This document shows, piece after piece, positions 56,740-64,000 of a stretch of 64,000 nt of DNA (position 1 is its first letter; each line of letters opens with the position of its first letter). The position numbers and the translations under genes are program-made. The notes under the pieces were generated by a model that worked only from the letters and a program-made list of their open reading frames with translations, made no database searches and was not told the origin of the DNA. Origin of the DNA: Gemmatimonadota bacterium (GTDB taxonomy: Bacteria > Gemmatimonadota > Gemmatimonadetes > Palauibacterales > Palauibacteraceae); contig CP070670.1 in the NCBI GenBank assembly GCA_020351855.1, positions 2,843,274 to 2,907,273 of the forward strand, given 5' to 3'.

Positions 56740-57267
56740 CTACGGACGCCAGCCCTCGTAAAGGATGTGGGCGGGCTCGACCTGCGCGGGCTGGCCGAGT
56801 CGCAGCATCTGGTTGGCGAGCCACTCCAGCCACTCATCGAACTTCTCGTTCTGCTGCTCCCGGCGAACGGCGTGCACCCAGTCGCTCATCCGGTTCCAGC
56901 ACGTCTGCGTGACGCCGCCCATCAGCTCCCAGACCGTTTCGAGCGGCACGATGCGATGGTGCACCATGATGGCGACCGCCTCCAGCGTCAGGCTGACGAG
57001 CATCGCCGCATCCTCATGCTGGCGCGACCGCCGGAGCTCCTGGGCGGAGCAGTCCTCGGGCAGCGAGAGGAGCAGCAGCAGGGCGTGCGCGAACTGCGGG
57101 TTCTGGAAGGCACGCGCCAGCTCGATCGCGGCCTTTTCCTTTCTCTGTCTCTGGAACTCGCGGATCTGCAGCACCGCGAACGTGAGACCACCGATCACGA
57201 TGAACACCCCGATGATCTCGGCCAGATTGGCGAGCGTTCCCAGGTCGAGCCGAGCCAGCGCGCTCAC
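56740..57267 (-). CDS. Membrane-anchored hypothetical protein (DUF4760-like: N-terminal TM plus cytoplasmic helical domain)
   Basis: IIGVFIVIGGLTFAVL TM, then the REFQRQRKEKAAIELARAF... domain. GTG start 7 nt after the aminotransferase stop. Confidence 0.5.
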   Translation of the reverse strand: MSALARLDLGTLANLAEIIGVFIVIGGLTFAVLQIREFQRQRKEKAAIELARAFQNPQFAHALLLLLSLPEDCSAQELRRSRQHEDAAMLVSLTLEAVAIMVHHRIVPLETVWELMGGVTQTCWNRMSDWVHAVRREQQNEKFDEWLEWLANQMLRLGQPAQVEPAHILYEGWRP

Positions 57268-57274
57268 GGGAGCC

Positions 57275-58456
57275 TCAGAGCCCCGCCCGCAGTGCGCCCG
57301 CCTCCCAGAGCACCCGCCGGAGCGCCTCGATGTCCGCCTCGTCGTTGTAGACGTGGGGCGATACGCGGATGACGCTGCCGCGGACGGAGACGAACACCTG
57401 CTGTGCCGCGAGCCGGGCCTGCAGGACGCCCGGATCCACTCCGTCCGGCACATCGAGCCCGATCAGATGGCCGACGGTTCCCGACCCGCCCGAGTCAGAC
57501 CCTTGCGAGGCCCATCCATGCCCGGCTTCCCGCACCAGCCCGCTCGTCAGCCGCCGGCAGTGAGCCTGGATCGTGTCCACCCCCCAGTCGAGCACCTGCT
57601 CGAGCGCCGCTATGAACATGGGAATCAGAATGAAGTTCGCGGCCTCGCCCATGTCGTAACGAGCCGCATCGGGTCGGTACCGGTGCGTCTGCTCCACGAG
57701 ACCCGCGAAGTCCTCGCTCCCCACCTTGCCCATCCACGTCTCCTCGAGCGGCTCGCCGTCATCGTACCGGGGGCCGAAGTAGGCCGCGCCGATCGCGTAG
57801 GGGCCGGTCAGCCACTTGTAGGCAGCGCACACCAGTGCATCCGGCTCGATCTGCTGCAGGTCGAACGGCATGGCGCCCACTGCCTGCGTGCCGTCGATGA
57901 CCAGGGCGGCCCCGACTTCGCGGGCGCGGGCCGCAATGGCCGAGAGGTCGAAGGGCGTCCCGTCGGTCCAGTGCACGACGCCGAGCGCCACGATGGCCGT
58001 GGCGCCGTCGATCGCCTCGAGTATCGCCTCGTTCCACGTCCTGGCGTCGGGTCGGCCATCCGCCAGTGGGCGAATGACCCTGAACTCGGCTCCCACCGCC
58101 TCGCACCGACGCCGCCACACGTGCACGTTGGAGGGAAACTGGTGGAATACGGTGACGACGTTCTGACCCCGAGCGAGTCGAGTGTTCCGAGCCACCGCAG
58201 AGAGGCCGTACGAGGCCGAAGGCACGATGGCGATGCGCGACGGAGCTGGGGCGTTTATCAGGCGGGCGAAGAGCTCCCGGACCCGGTCGCACCCCGAGAA
58301 GAAGTCCTCCGTCCGGATGTCGGAGGGCACGGTGCTGCGACGTATCGCCGCCTCCCCGGCTGCCTGCACCCGCCTTGACACCGGAGACATGTAGGCGCAG
58401 TTGAGGTAGTGGCAGTCCGGCGGGAGCGCGAATTCTTCACGTCGGGTGTCTGGCAT
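57275..58456 (-). CDS. Class V aminotransferase (cysteine desulfurase / isopenicillin-N epimerase-like) PLP enzyme
   Basis: Fold-type I PLP motifs. PLP lysine context AAYKWLTGPYAIG. The start is set at ATG 58456. Confidence 0.7.
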   Translation of the reverse strand: MPDTRREEFALPPDCHYLNCAYMSPVSRRVQAAGEAAIRRSTVPSDIRTEDFFSGCDRVRELFARLINAPAPSRIAIVPSASYGLSAVARNTRLARGQNVVTVFHQFPSNVHVWRRRCEAVGAEFRVIRPLADGRPDARTWNEAILEAIDGATAIVALGVVHWTDGTPFDLSAIAARAREVGAALVIDGTQAVGAMPFDLQQIEPDALVCAAYKWLTGPYAIGAAYFGPRYDDGEPLEETWMGKVGSEDFAGLVEQTHRYRPDAARYDMGEAANFILIPMFIAALEQVLDWGVDTIQAHCRRLTSGLVREAGHGWASQGSDSGGSGTVGHLIGLDVPDGVDPGVLQARLAAQQVFVSVRGSVIRVSPHVYNDEADIEALRRVLWEAGALRAGL

Positions 58457-58580
58457 CGGCCTCAATCTAGCCGGGCGCGTGACCGGCGAAAGCACGGCCT
58501 CGTCATCCCCGTTGGAGGCCTGGGGACCGGGCGGAGAGCGGGGTCATGACCCTGGACCCACGAGACGGGGAGGAGACGCG

Positions 58581-59081
58581 ATGTCCTGGAAACGGTCGGC
58601 AGCGGTTCTGGCGCTCCTGCTCGCGAGCGCGCACCCGGCGATGGCTCAGCGTCGAGCGGATACCCATACCGGGTTCTGGTTCTCTGCCGGAGGAGGCGCA
58701 GGCTGGCTCGAGGGCTCATCGGGCGGTGCCTTCTACGTTCGAATGGGCGGCACGCCCACCAGGAAGGCTCTCTTCGGCGGCGAGGTGATCACCTGGTTCC
58801 GCGACGGTGGCTCCAGCACGAACATCGCCGCGACGGCGCTCCTCTATCCGTTCTACGAGACCACGGGAGCGCCGGGCCACGACCTCTTCTTCAGGGGATC
58901 CTTCGGCCTGGCTGCCACGGACGGCGGGAGCACCGGGCTCGGGCTGATGGGGGGGACAGGCTACGACCTGCGCCTCGCCGACAACCTCTACGTGACCCCC
59001 AGCTTCGACGTCATGGTGCAGGTGTTCGACCAGGCCACGCTGACGACCCTCTTCGTCACGCTCGGCCTGGGCTTTCACTGA
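58581..59081 (+). CDS. Small outer-membrane beta-barrel protein
   Basis: Signal peptide MSWKRSAAVLALLLASAHPAMAQ, Gly/aromatic-rich beta strands, and a C-terminal LGLGFH. Confidence 0.65.
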   Translation: MSWKRSAAVLALLLASAHPAMAQRRADTHTGFWFSAGGGAGWLEGSSGGAFYVRMGGTPTRKALFGGEVITWFRDGGSSTNIAATALLYPFYETTGAPGHDLFFRGSFGLAATDGGSTGLGLMGGTGYDLRLADNLYVTPSFDVMVQVFDQATLTTLFVTLGLGFH

Positions 59082-59100
59082 GCCCCGACCGCCGGGCCGG

Positions 59101-59556
59101 CTAGGAACCGGAGCCCGGTGCGACGGCCGGCGGCCTCACGTCCACCGTGACGTCGACCCCTGCCCGAACGCTCTGGGTCACGATGCAGAAATCCTCGAAC
59201 AGGTCCAGGCACCGACCCGCGCGGGCGAGATCCGCGCTGGCCACCACCGGGTGAATCTCCACGTCGATCCCGCCGATCCTCAACCGCCCCTCCTCGTTCC
59301 GGGTCAAAGCCATCCGAACTCGCGTCTGCATCCCAGAGACCGGCACCCGGGCCTTCCTGAGGCAGAAGAGGGCGCTTGCACTCAGGCAGTTTCCCACCGC
59401 CGCAGCCACGAGCCTCGTGGCATTGGGGCCGCGGTCATCGCCGAGCGGCTGGGGCTCATCCATGAGGAGCGGCGGCACGCCCTCGCGGTCGAAATCGACG
59501 ACGAACCGGTAGTTCTCCTGCAGATCGAGCGTCAGCTCGAAGCCACGGTCCTCCAT
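59101..59556 (-). CDS. OsmC family protein (second copy)
   Basis: 151 aa OsmC/Ohr-like with two conserved Cys, immediately downstream of a TetR regulator. Confidence 0.75.
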   Translation of the reverse strand: MEDRGFELTLDLQENYRFVVDFDREGVPPLLMDEPQPLGDDRGPNATRLVAAAVGNCLSASALFCLRKARVPVSGMQTRVRMALTRNEEGRLRIGGIDVEIHPVVASADLARAGRCLDLFEDFCIVTQSVRAGVDVTVDVRPPAVAPGSGS

Positions 59557-59569
59557 GTCCTCCTCCGTA

Positions 59570-60133
59570 TCAGCGCTCCGTGAGCAGCTTGTGGCGCAGC
59601 CGGACGCGCTGCAGGCGCTGATCGAAGCTCGAGGGCCTCAGAAACGCGGCGCGCTCGCCGATCATGTAGAAGTAGGAGAGGCGGCTTCGTATGTCCGCCT
59701 GCCTCTCAGAAAAGCCCATCTCGAGAAAGAGCGCGCGCGCGTATCGTAGACGCTTCTGGTCGACCCGCTGCACGACGCGGGCCGCCCGCGCGTCGTACAG
59801 GGCCCACGCACGCATGGCCGCGTCGTACCGGTTGGTTTCCTCGTAGGTGATGTGCTCGCACAACGCGAGCAGGTGTTCCCGCGGTCCGGCGCGCGTGCGG
59901 GAGACCTGGGCGTCGATCTTGTCCGTCATCTCGGTCTCCCAGTACTCCAGGAGCTGCTGCAGGAAGTCGTCGTGGTCCTTGAAGTGCCAGTAGAAGCTTC
60001 CCTTCGTGACCCCGAGCTCGCGCGCCATGGGCTCGACGCGCACACCGCTGATGCCCTGGGCGCGAAGCGTGTCCAGGCCCCTGACGATCCAGTCCTGCTG
60101 GCTCAGCTTGGAAGGCGCGCTTGTCGTCACCAT
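59570..60133 (-). CDS. TetR/AcrR family transcriptional regulator
   Basis: HTH region VRVEPMARELGVTKGSFYWHFKD. The start is set at ATG 60133. Confidence 0.8.
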   Translation of the reverse strand: MVTTSAPSKLSQQDWIVRGLDTLRAQGISGVRVEPMARELGVTKGSFYWHFKDHDDFLQQLLEYWETEMTDKIDAQVSRTRAGPREHLLALCEHITYEETNRYDAAMRAWALYDARAARVVQRVDQKRLRYARALFLEMGFSERQADIRSRLSYFYMIGERAAFLRPSSFDQRLQRVRLRHKLLTER

Positions 60134-60200
60134 GGGGGCCTCCGGGCTGTGGCTGCGAGTGCGTGCCCTCATCGACCCCACCCCGGCCACCCACCCCTGG

Positions 60201-60227
60201 AGCGTTGCACGGATATCCTTTAACGCT
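60201..60227. promoter_or_regulatory. Candidate TetR operator: AGCGTT...GGATATCC...AACGCT inverted repeat in the TetR / S46 divergent intergenic region
   Basis: Central 8-bp palindrome GGATATCC flanked by the 6-bp inverted repeat AGCGTT/AACGCT. Confidence 0.3.
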
Positions 60228-60348
60228 AGGTGGAGGCAGCCGGCACATCAAGGCGGGCGCAGGACCGCCCGCTGCCCCTGCTCTTGCCGCCGCGCAGCGC
60301 TGGCGGCTCGCCGACGCGCTGCCTAACCTCGAGTAGACTGTCACCGCG

Positions 60349-62646
60349 ATGAGATCGCCGGACCCTGACCCAGGAGCTTCCATGCGTTCCGCGACCTGTC
60401 CCACCTGCCCATCCACTCCTTCTCGCCGGTTCCCGCCGGACCCGCTCGCGGGGTCGCGGAAGGGTTTCACGGCGCTTGCTGGCCTGGCACTCACGGTTGT
60501 CGTGGCGCTCCCCCTCTGGGCTCAGGCGCCTGATGCCCGGAATGATCCCCGGTCCGCCGGCCGGTTCGACTACGGCAAGATGTGGACGTTCGAGTACCCC
60601 CCCAGGGAGTACTTCAGCCAGACCTATGGCTTTCCCGCGGATGACGCCTGGTTCGAGCGGGTCCGGCTTTCCGTGCTGCGCATCCCCGGTTGTTCCGCTT
60701 CCTTCGTCTCGCCATTCGGGCTTGTGGCTACCAACCACCACTGCGTGCGGGACGCGGTGAGCCGCGTGGGCCGCCCCGGCGAGAACCCCCTCGATGAGGG
60801 CTTTTATGCCGCCTCGCTCGAGGACGAGCGACGCATTGATGGCTACCATGCGGACCAGCTCATCGCGATCGAGGACGTGACGGGAGAGGTGCTCGAGGCG
60901 ATGCAGAGGGTCGGGGACGGGGACCGCGAGCAGGCGCGGGCGGAGGCCTACGCCAGAATCCGGGCCCGCGGCGAACGCATGTATGCGGATCGGGGCGACT
61001 CCATCTGGGTGCAGGTCGTCTCGCTGTACAACGGGGGGCGACAGTCGGCTTACGTGTTCCGTCGCTTCACGGACGTGCGCCTGGTTCAGGCCGTGGAGCT
61101 TCAGCTCGGCTTCTTCGGGGGCGATCCGGACAACTTCACCTACCCACGCTATGCGCTGGATTTCGCGTTTCTGCGCATCTACGAGAACGAAGCCCCCCAC
61201 CAGCCGGCGCAGCACTTGAAGTGGAGCGAGCACGGGGTGATAGAGGGTGATGCGGTCTTCGTCATCGGCAACCCGGGAGAGACCAACCGTCTGAAGACGG
61301 TCGCGCAGCTGGAGTATCAGCGTGACGTGGAGGTGCCCGCGCTCATCGGTTTTCTGGAAAGTCGGCTGGACGCGTTGGAGGCGTACCGTACGGAGAATGC
61401 GGCCGAGGCGGAGGCGCTCGGGGTGCACAACCGCATGTTCCTTCTGTCCAACGCTCTCAAGGCATCGCAGGGCCGCCTGGCGGCTCTGCGTGACCCGGTA
61501 ATCATGGCACGCAAGAGCGATGCAGAGGGCAAGCTGCGCGAGGCGCTGCGCGCCGACCCGGGCCTCGACGCCCGCTATGCGGACCTCTTCGACCGACTGG
61601 GGGAGATCCAACGTGGCAAGGCCGCGCACGCCGCGGCCTCCGGGGCCTTCCTCGCTCAAACCAACGCCCTGTTCGCCTCCGCCACCCTGCGCCGCGCCTT
61701 CGCCGCCGATGCGTACCGCGCGGCGCGGACGGCCGGGGCACCTGCAGATACCCTCGAGCTGCTCCGCCTGGAGCTGCTCCGCATCGCTGACCAGCCCGCC
61801 GAGCTCGAAGCTCGGATTCTCGCCGCCCGCTTCGCGGACTTCGAGCGCTACTTCGGACCGGACCACAACATCGTGCGGTCCGCACTCCGGGGCTCGAAAG
61901 CGGCAGAGGCGGCGGAAGCCCTGCTGGCTGCATCGGCGCTGCGCGACTCGGCCGCGGCAGTCCGGGCCGTCTCATCGGACGGCCCGGAGTTGGCGGAGGA
62001 TCCGGCGCTCCAGCTTGTCGCCGCCATCCTCCCGGTCTCACGAGCCTATCGCGAGGGATTCAGCCGGCTCCTGGCAGACGAGTCCGAACTGGAGGCAGAG
62101 CTGGGAGGCGCGAGGTTCGCCGTCTATGGCCGAAGCGTTCCACCGGACGGGACGTTCTCGCCGCGGATCACCGACGGCGTCGTTCGGGGCTACGAGTACA
62201 ACGGTACCCTGGCGCCCCCCTATACGACGTTCTATGGGCTGTACGATCGCTACTTCAGCCAGCCCGACCGGATCGATTGGGCGTTGCCGGCGAGGTGGGT
62301 GCGTCCGCCGCCGGGCCTCGACCTGGCCACGCCGCTCAACTTCGTCTCGACGGCCGACACCTATGGCGGCAACTCGGGCTCCCCGGCGGTGACGCAGGAC
62401 CTATCGCTGGTCGGCCTCAACTTCGACCGCAACATCGAGGGCCTGAGCCGAGATTTCATCTACCTCCCGGAGCGGGGACGGAACGTGATGGTCGACGTGC
62501 GGGCGATACGGGCCGCGCTCGATCAGGTGTACGACGCCGATCGTCTCGTCCAGGAGCTCCTGACCGGGCGCCTTTTCGAGACCGAAAGGGAGGCCGACGC
62601 GGCCATGGACGCGGCGCTGGATACGGTGCGGGAGACGGACGGCTGA
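60349..62646 (+). CDS. S46 family serine peptidase (DPP7 / DPP11-like dipeptidyl-peptidase)
   Basis: Catalytic His in LVATNHHCV and catalytic Ser in TYGGNSGSPAV. Signal peptide. An alternative start lies at ATG 60382. Confidence 0.8.
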   Translation: MRSPDPDPGASMRSATCPTCPSTPSRRFPPDPLAGSRKGFTALAGLALTVVVALPLWAQAPDARNDPRSAGRFDYGKMWTFEYPPREYFSQTYGFPADDAWFERVRLSVLRIPGCSASFVSPFGLVATNHHCVRDAVSRVGRPGENPLDEGFYAASLEDERRIDGYHADQLIAIEDVTGEVLEAMQRVGDGDREQARAEAYARIRARGERMYADRGDSIWVQVVSLYNGGRQSAYVFRRFTDVRLVQAVELQLGFFGGDPDNFTYPRYALDFAFLRIYENEAPHQPAQHLKWSEHGVIEGDAVFVIGNPGETNRLKTVAQLEYQRDVEVPALIGFLESRLDALEAYRTENAAEAEALGVHNRMFLLSNALKASQGRLAALRDPVIMARKSDAEGKLREALRADPGLDARYADLFDRLGEIQRGKAAHAAASGAFLAQTNALFASATLRRAFAADAYRAARTAGAPADTLELLRLELLRIADQPAELEARILAARFADFERYFGPDHNIVRSALRGSKAAEAAEALLAASALRDSAAAVRAVSSDGPELAEDPALQLVAAILPVSRAYREGFSRLLADESELEAELGGARFAVYGRSVPPDGTFSPRITDGVVRGYEYNGTLAPPYTTFYGLYDRYFSQPDRIDWALPARWVRPPPGLDLATPLNFVSTADTYGGNSGSPAVTQDLSLVGLNFDRNIEGLSRDFIYLPERGRNVMVDVRAIRAALDQVYDADRLVQELLTGRLFETEREADAAMDAALDTVRETDG

Positions 62647-62659
62647 GGCCGGGCCCGCC

Positions 62660-64000
62660 TCAGTTCTGGCCCCTCCAGCGCGGCCAGGCTTCCTGGAGGG
62701 TAGTCCGCGGCCTGCGCCCGATGTAGACGGTCAGATCCCGCTCCTCCCGCACCGCGTAGGGGTGCGTCACCCGTCCAGCGGCGGTGATCTCGCCGAAGTA
62801 GGGGGACAGCTGGCTCTCCGTGAAGCCATGCAGGATCATCACCTCCCCGGGCAGCTCGCCGGGACCGAAAAACCAGTAGGAGCCCACGAAGGCCCGAGCG
62901 CCCGGGATCCCGAATCCGGGCCCGTAGAAGTCGATCGCTCCAGCCTCCCCGTAGTTCGAGGCCAGGATCACCGCGCGCTCCTGGTCTCCAGGCGGAAGGC
63001 CGCGGTACACGCGTGCGACCTCCCGCACCTGCTCCCTCCAGTTCAGCATGTCGGCGTAGTCCTGGGGGATCCGCTCCTGGGCCCCGACGTTCGTGACGGC
63101 AGCAGACTGAAAGCCGATCGCCACCAGATAGCGCTCCATCGTCTCCGGCTTCAGCACCGGCAGACCCAGCGGGAAGAGAACGATCAGGTAGAGGGCGAGG
63201 AGCACGAGCAGGCCCCAGCGGGCGGTGGGGCGCCACCACGGGGTCCGGATCCGCTCGACGAGCACCGCACCGGCCCCGAACAGGACGGGGTACACGGGTC
63301 CGGCATAGTAGCTCTTGCCCTGAAGCAGCAGGAGGGTGACGAACGCCAGGATCGCGCTCCAGCCGGCCAGCCGGTACGGACGGCCGAGCCGTCCCGAGGC
63401 GAGGCCGACGGCGCCCGCCGCGGCCACGATGAAGCCCGCATGCATCATGGCCTGGTCGAGCAGAAAGGACGCGGCGGAAACCCGCACTAGTTGGGCACTC
63501 TGAAGATCCGTCATCTGGTTCAGCAGCGGCCAGCCGAGGTTGTGCTGTCCGGCGATGGACGGACTTCCGAGCAGCAGAGCCAGTGCGGCCGCGGCCCACG
63601 GCCAGAGCGTGGCGAGCCACCGCCGCTCCCTCGTGAGCAGGAGGGCTGCCGCCGCAGCAAAGCCGAACACGAGCACGCTGAACTTGGTGAGCAGGCCGAA
63701 GCCCAGGCAGGCACCGAAGGCCAGCCACCAGCGGGGATTCTCCGTCGTGCCCAGCCGCAGGAGGGCGAACAGGGCCAGGGACCACCAGAGCTGGTCCAGG
63801 ACCACGGGCTGGAAGAGGTTTCCGGTGCGCAGGAACAGCCCGCTGGCGAGCACGCAGAGACCCGCCAGGCCCTGGGCGAAGCCCCGCCCCCCGAGCTCCC
63901 GGGCCGCCAGCGCGGCAAGCAGCAGCAGCGCCGTGCTCAGAACGGCTGGAGGCAGGCGAAGCGCCCACAGGCCATCCCCGAGCAGGTAGCGCGTGCCCTC
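62660..64000 (-). CDS. Polytopic membrane glycosyltransferase (GT39/GT83, ArnT/PMT-like, COG1807); 5' end lies beyond the window
   Basis: Multiple TM helices, then a C-terminal periplasmic domain. The frame is open to the window end. Confidence 0.6.
   Translation of the reverse strand, partial: EGTRYLLGDGLWALRLPPAVLSTALLLLAALAARELGGRGFAQGLAGLCVLASGLFLRTGNLFQPVVLDQLWWSLALFALLRLGTTENPRWWLAFGACLGFGLLTKFSVLVFGFAAAAALLLTRERRWLATLWPWAAAALALLLGSPSIAGQHNLGWPLLNQMTDLQSAQLVRVSAASFLLDQAMMHAGFIVAAAGAVGLASGRLGRPYRLAGWSAILAFVTLLLLQGKSYYAGPVYPVLFGAGAVLVERIRTPWWRPTARWGLLVLLALYLIVLFPLGLPVLKPETMERYLVAIGFQSAAVTNVGAQERIPQDYADMLNWREQVREVARVYRGLPPGDQERAVILASNYGEAGAIDFYGPGFGIPGARAFVGSYWFFGPGELPGEVMILHGFTESQLSPYFGEITAAGRVTHPYAVREERDLTVYIGRRPRTTLQEAWPRWRGQN

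Noticed and set aside
1-64000. tRNA, rRNA, CRISPR arrays, transposase or integrase genes
   Set aside because: No T-loop/anticodon-stem patterns outside coding regions, no repeat-spacer arrays, and no recombinase-like ORFs were seen.

Overview
This is a GC-rich bacterial chromosomal segment (third codon positions are overwhelmingly G/C). It is densely packed with about 60 protein-coding genes, and I found no rRNA, tRNA, CRISPR array or obvious mobile element. Housekeeping and metabolic genes I recognise include psuK-psuG (pseudouridine catabolism), gdhA, lysine 6-aminotransferase, feoB, chrA, tonB, copZ, a PQQ quinohemoprotein alcohol dehydrogenase and an ATP-dependent DNA ligase. There are many secreted or periplasmic peptidases (M61, M48, S9A oligopeptidase B, S46, and a retropepsin-like protease). 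A complete TPR-protein-associated TRAP transporter is present (TatT-TatP-TatQM). Two OsmC genes are present, one paired with a TetR regulator. An ECF sigma factor (TIGR02999-like) is overlap-coupled to its partner Ser/Thr kinase, which carries a transmembrane segment and TPR repeats. The most unusual observations are signs of gene decay. The ECF-partner kinase and the DNA ligase each carry a single in-frame TAG inside conserved sequence, although TAG is used as a normal stop throughout the window. An adenosine deaminase gene has an in-frame internal deletion that joins its N- and C-terminal motifs. A dCache sensor membrane protein has no output domain, and it is translationally coupled to a membrane-anchored TAXI solute-binding protein. 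Other uncharacterised neighbourhoods include an OsmC / SAM-methyltransferase / radical SAM (B12-type N-domain) cluster; an operon of a GcvT-family protein with two tandem CrtI-like flavoproteins; a FeoB followed by a zinc-ribbon-FeoA fusion with a Fur-like palindrome upstream; a secreted protein with an internal tandem domain duplication; and a paralogous lipoprotein pair. Because I indexed coordinates by hand, small regulatory features may be off by 1-2 nt.
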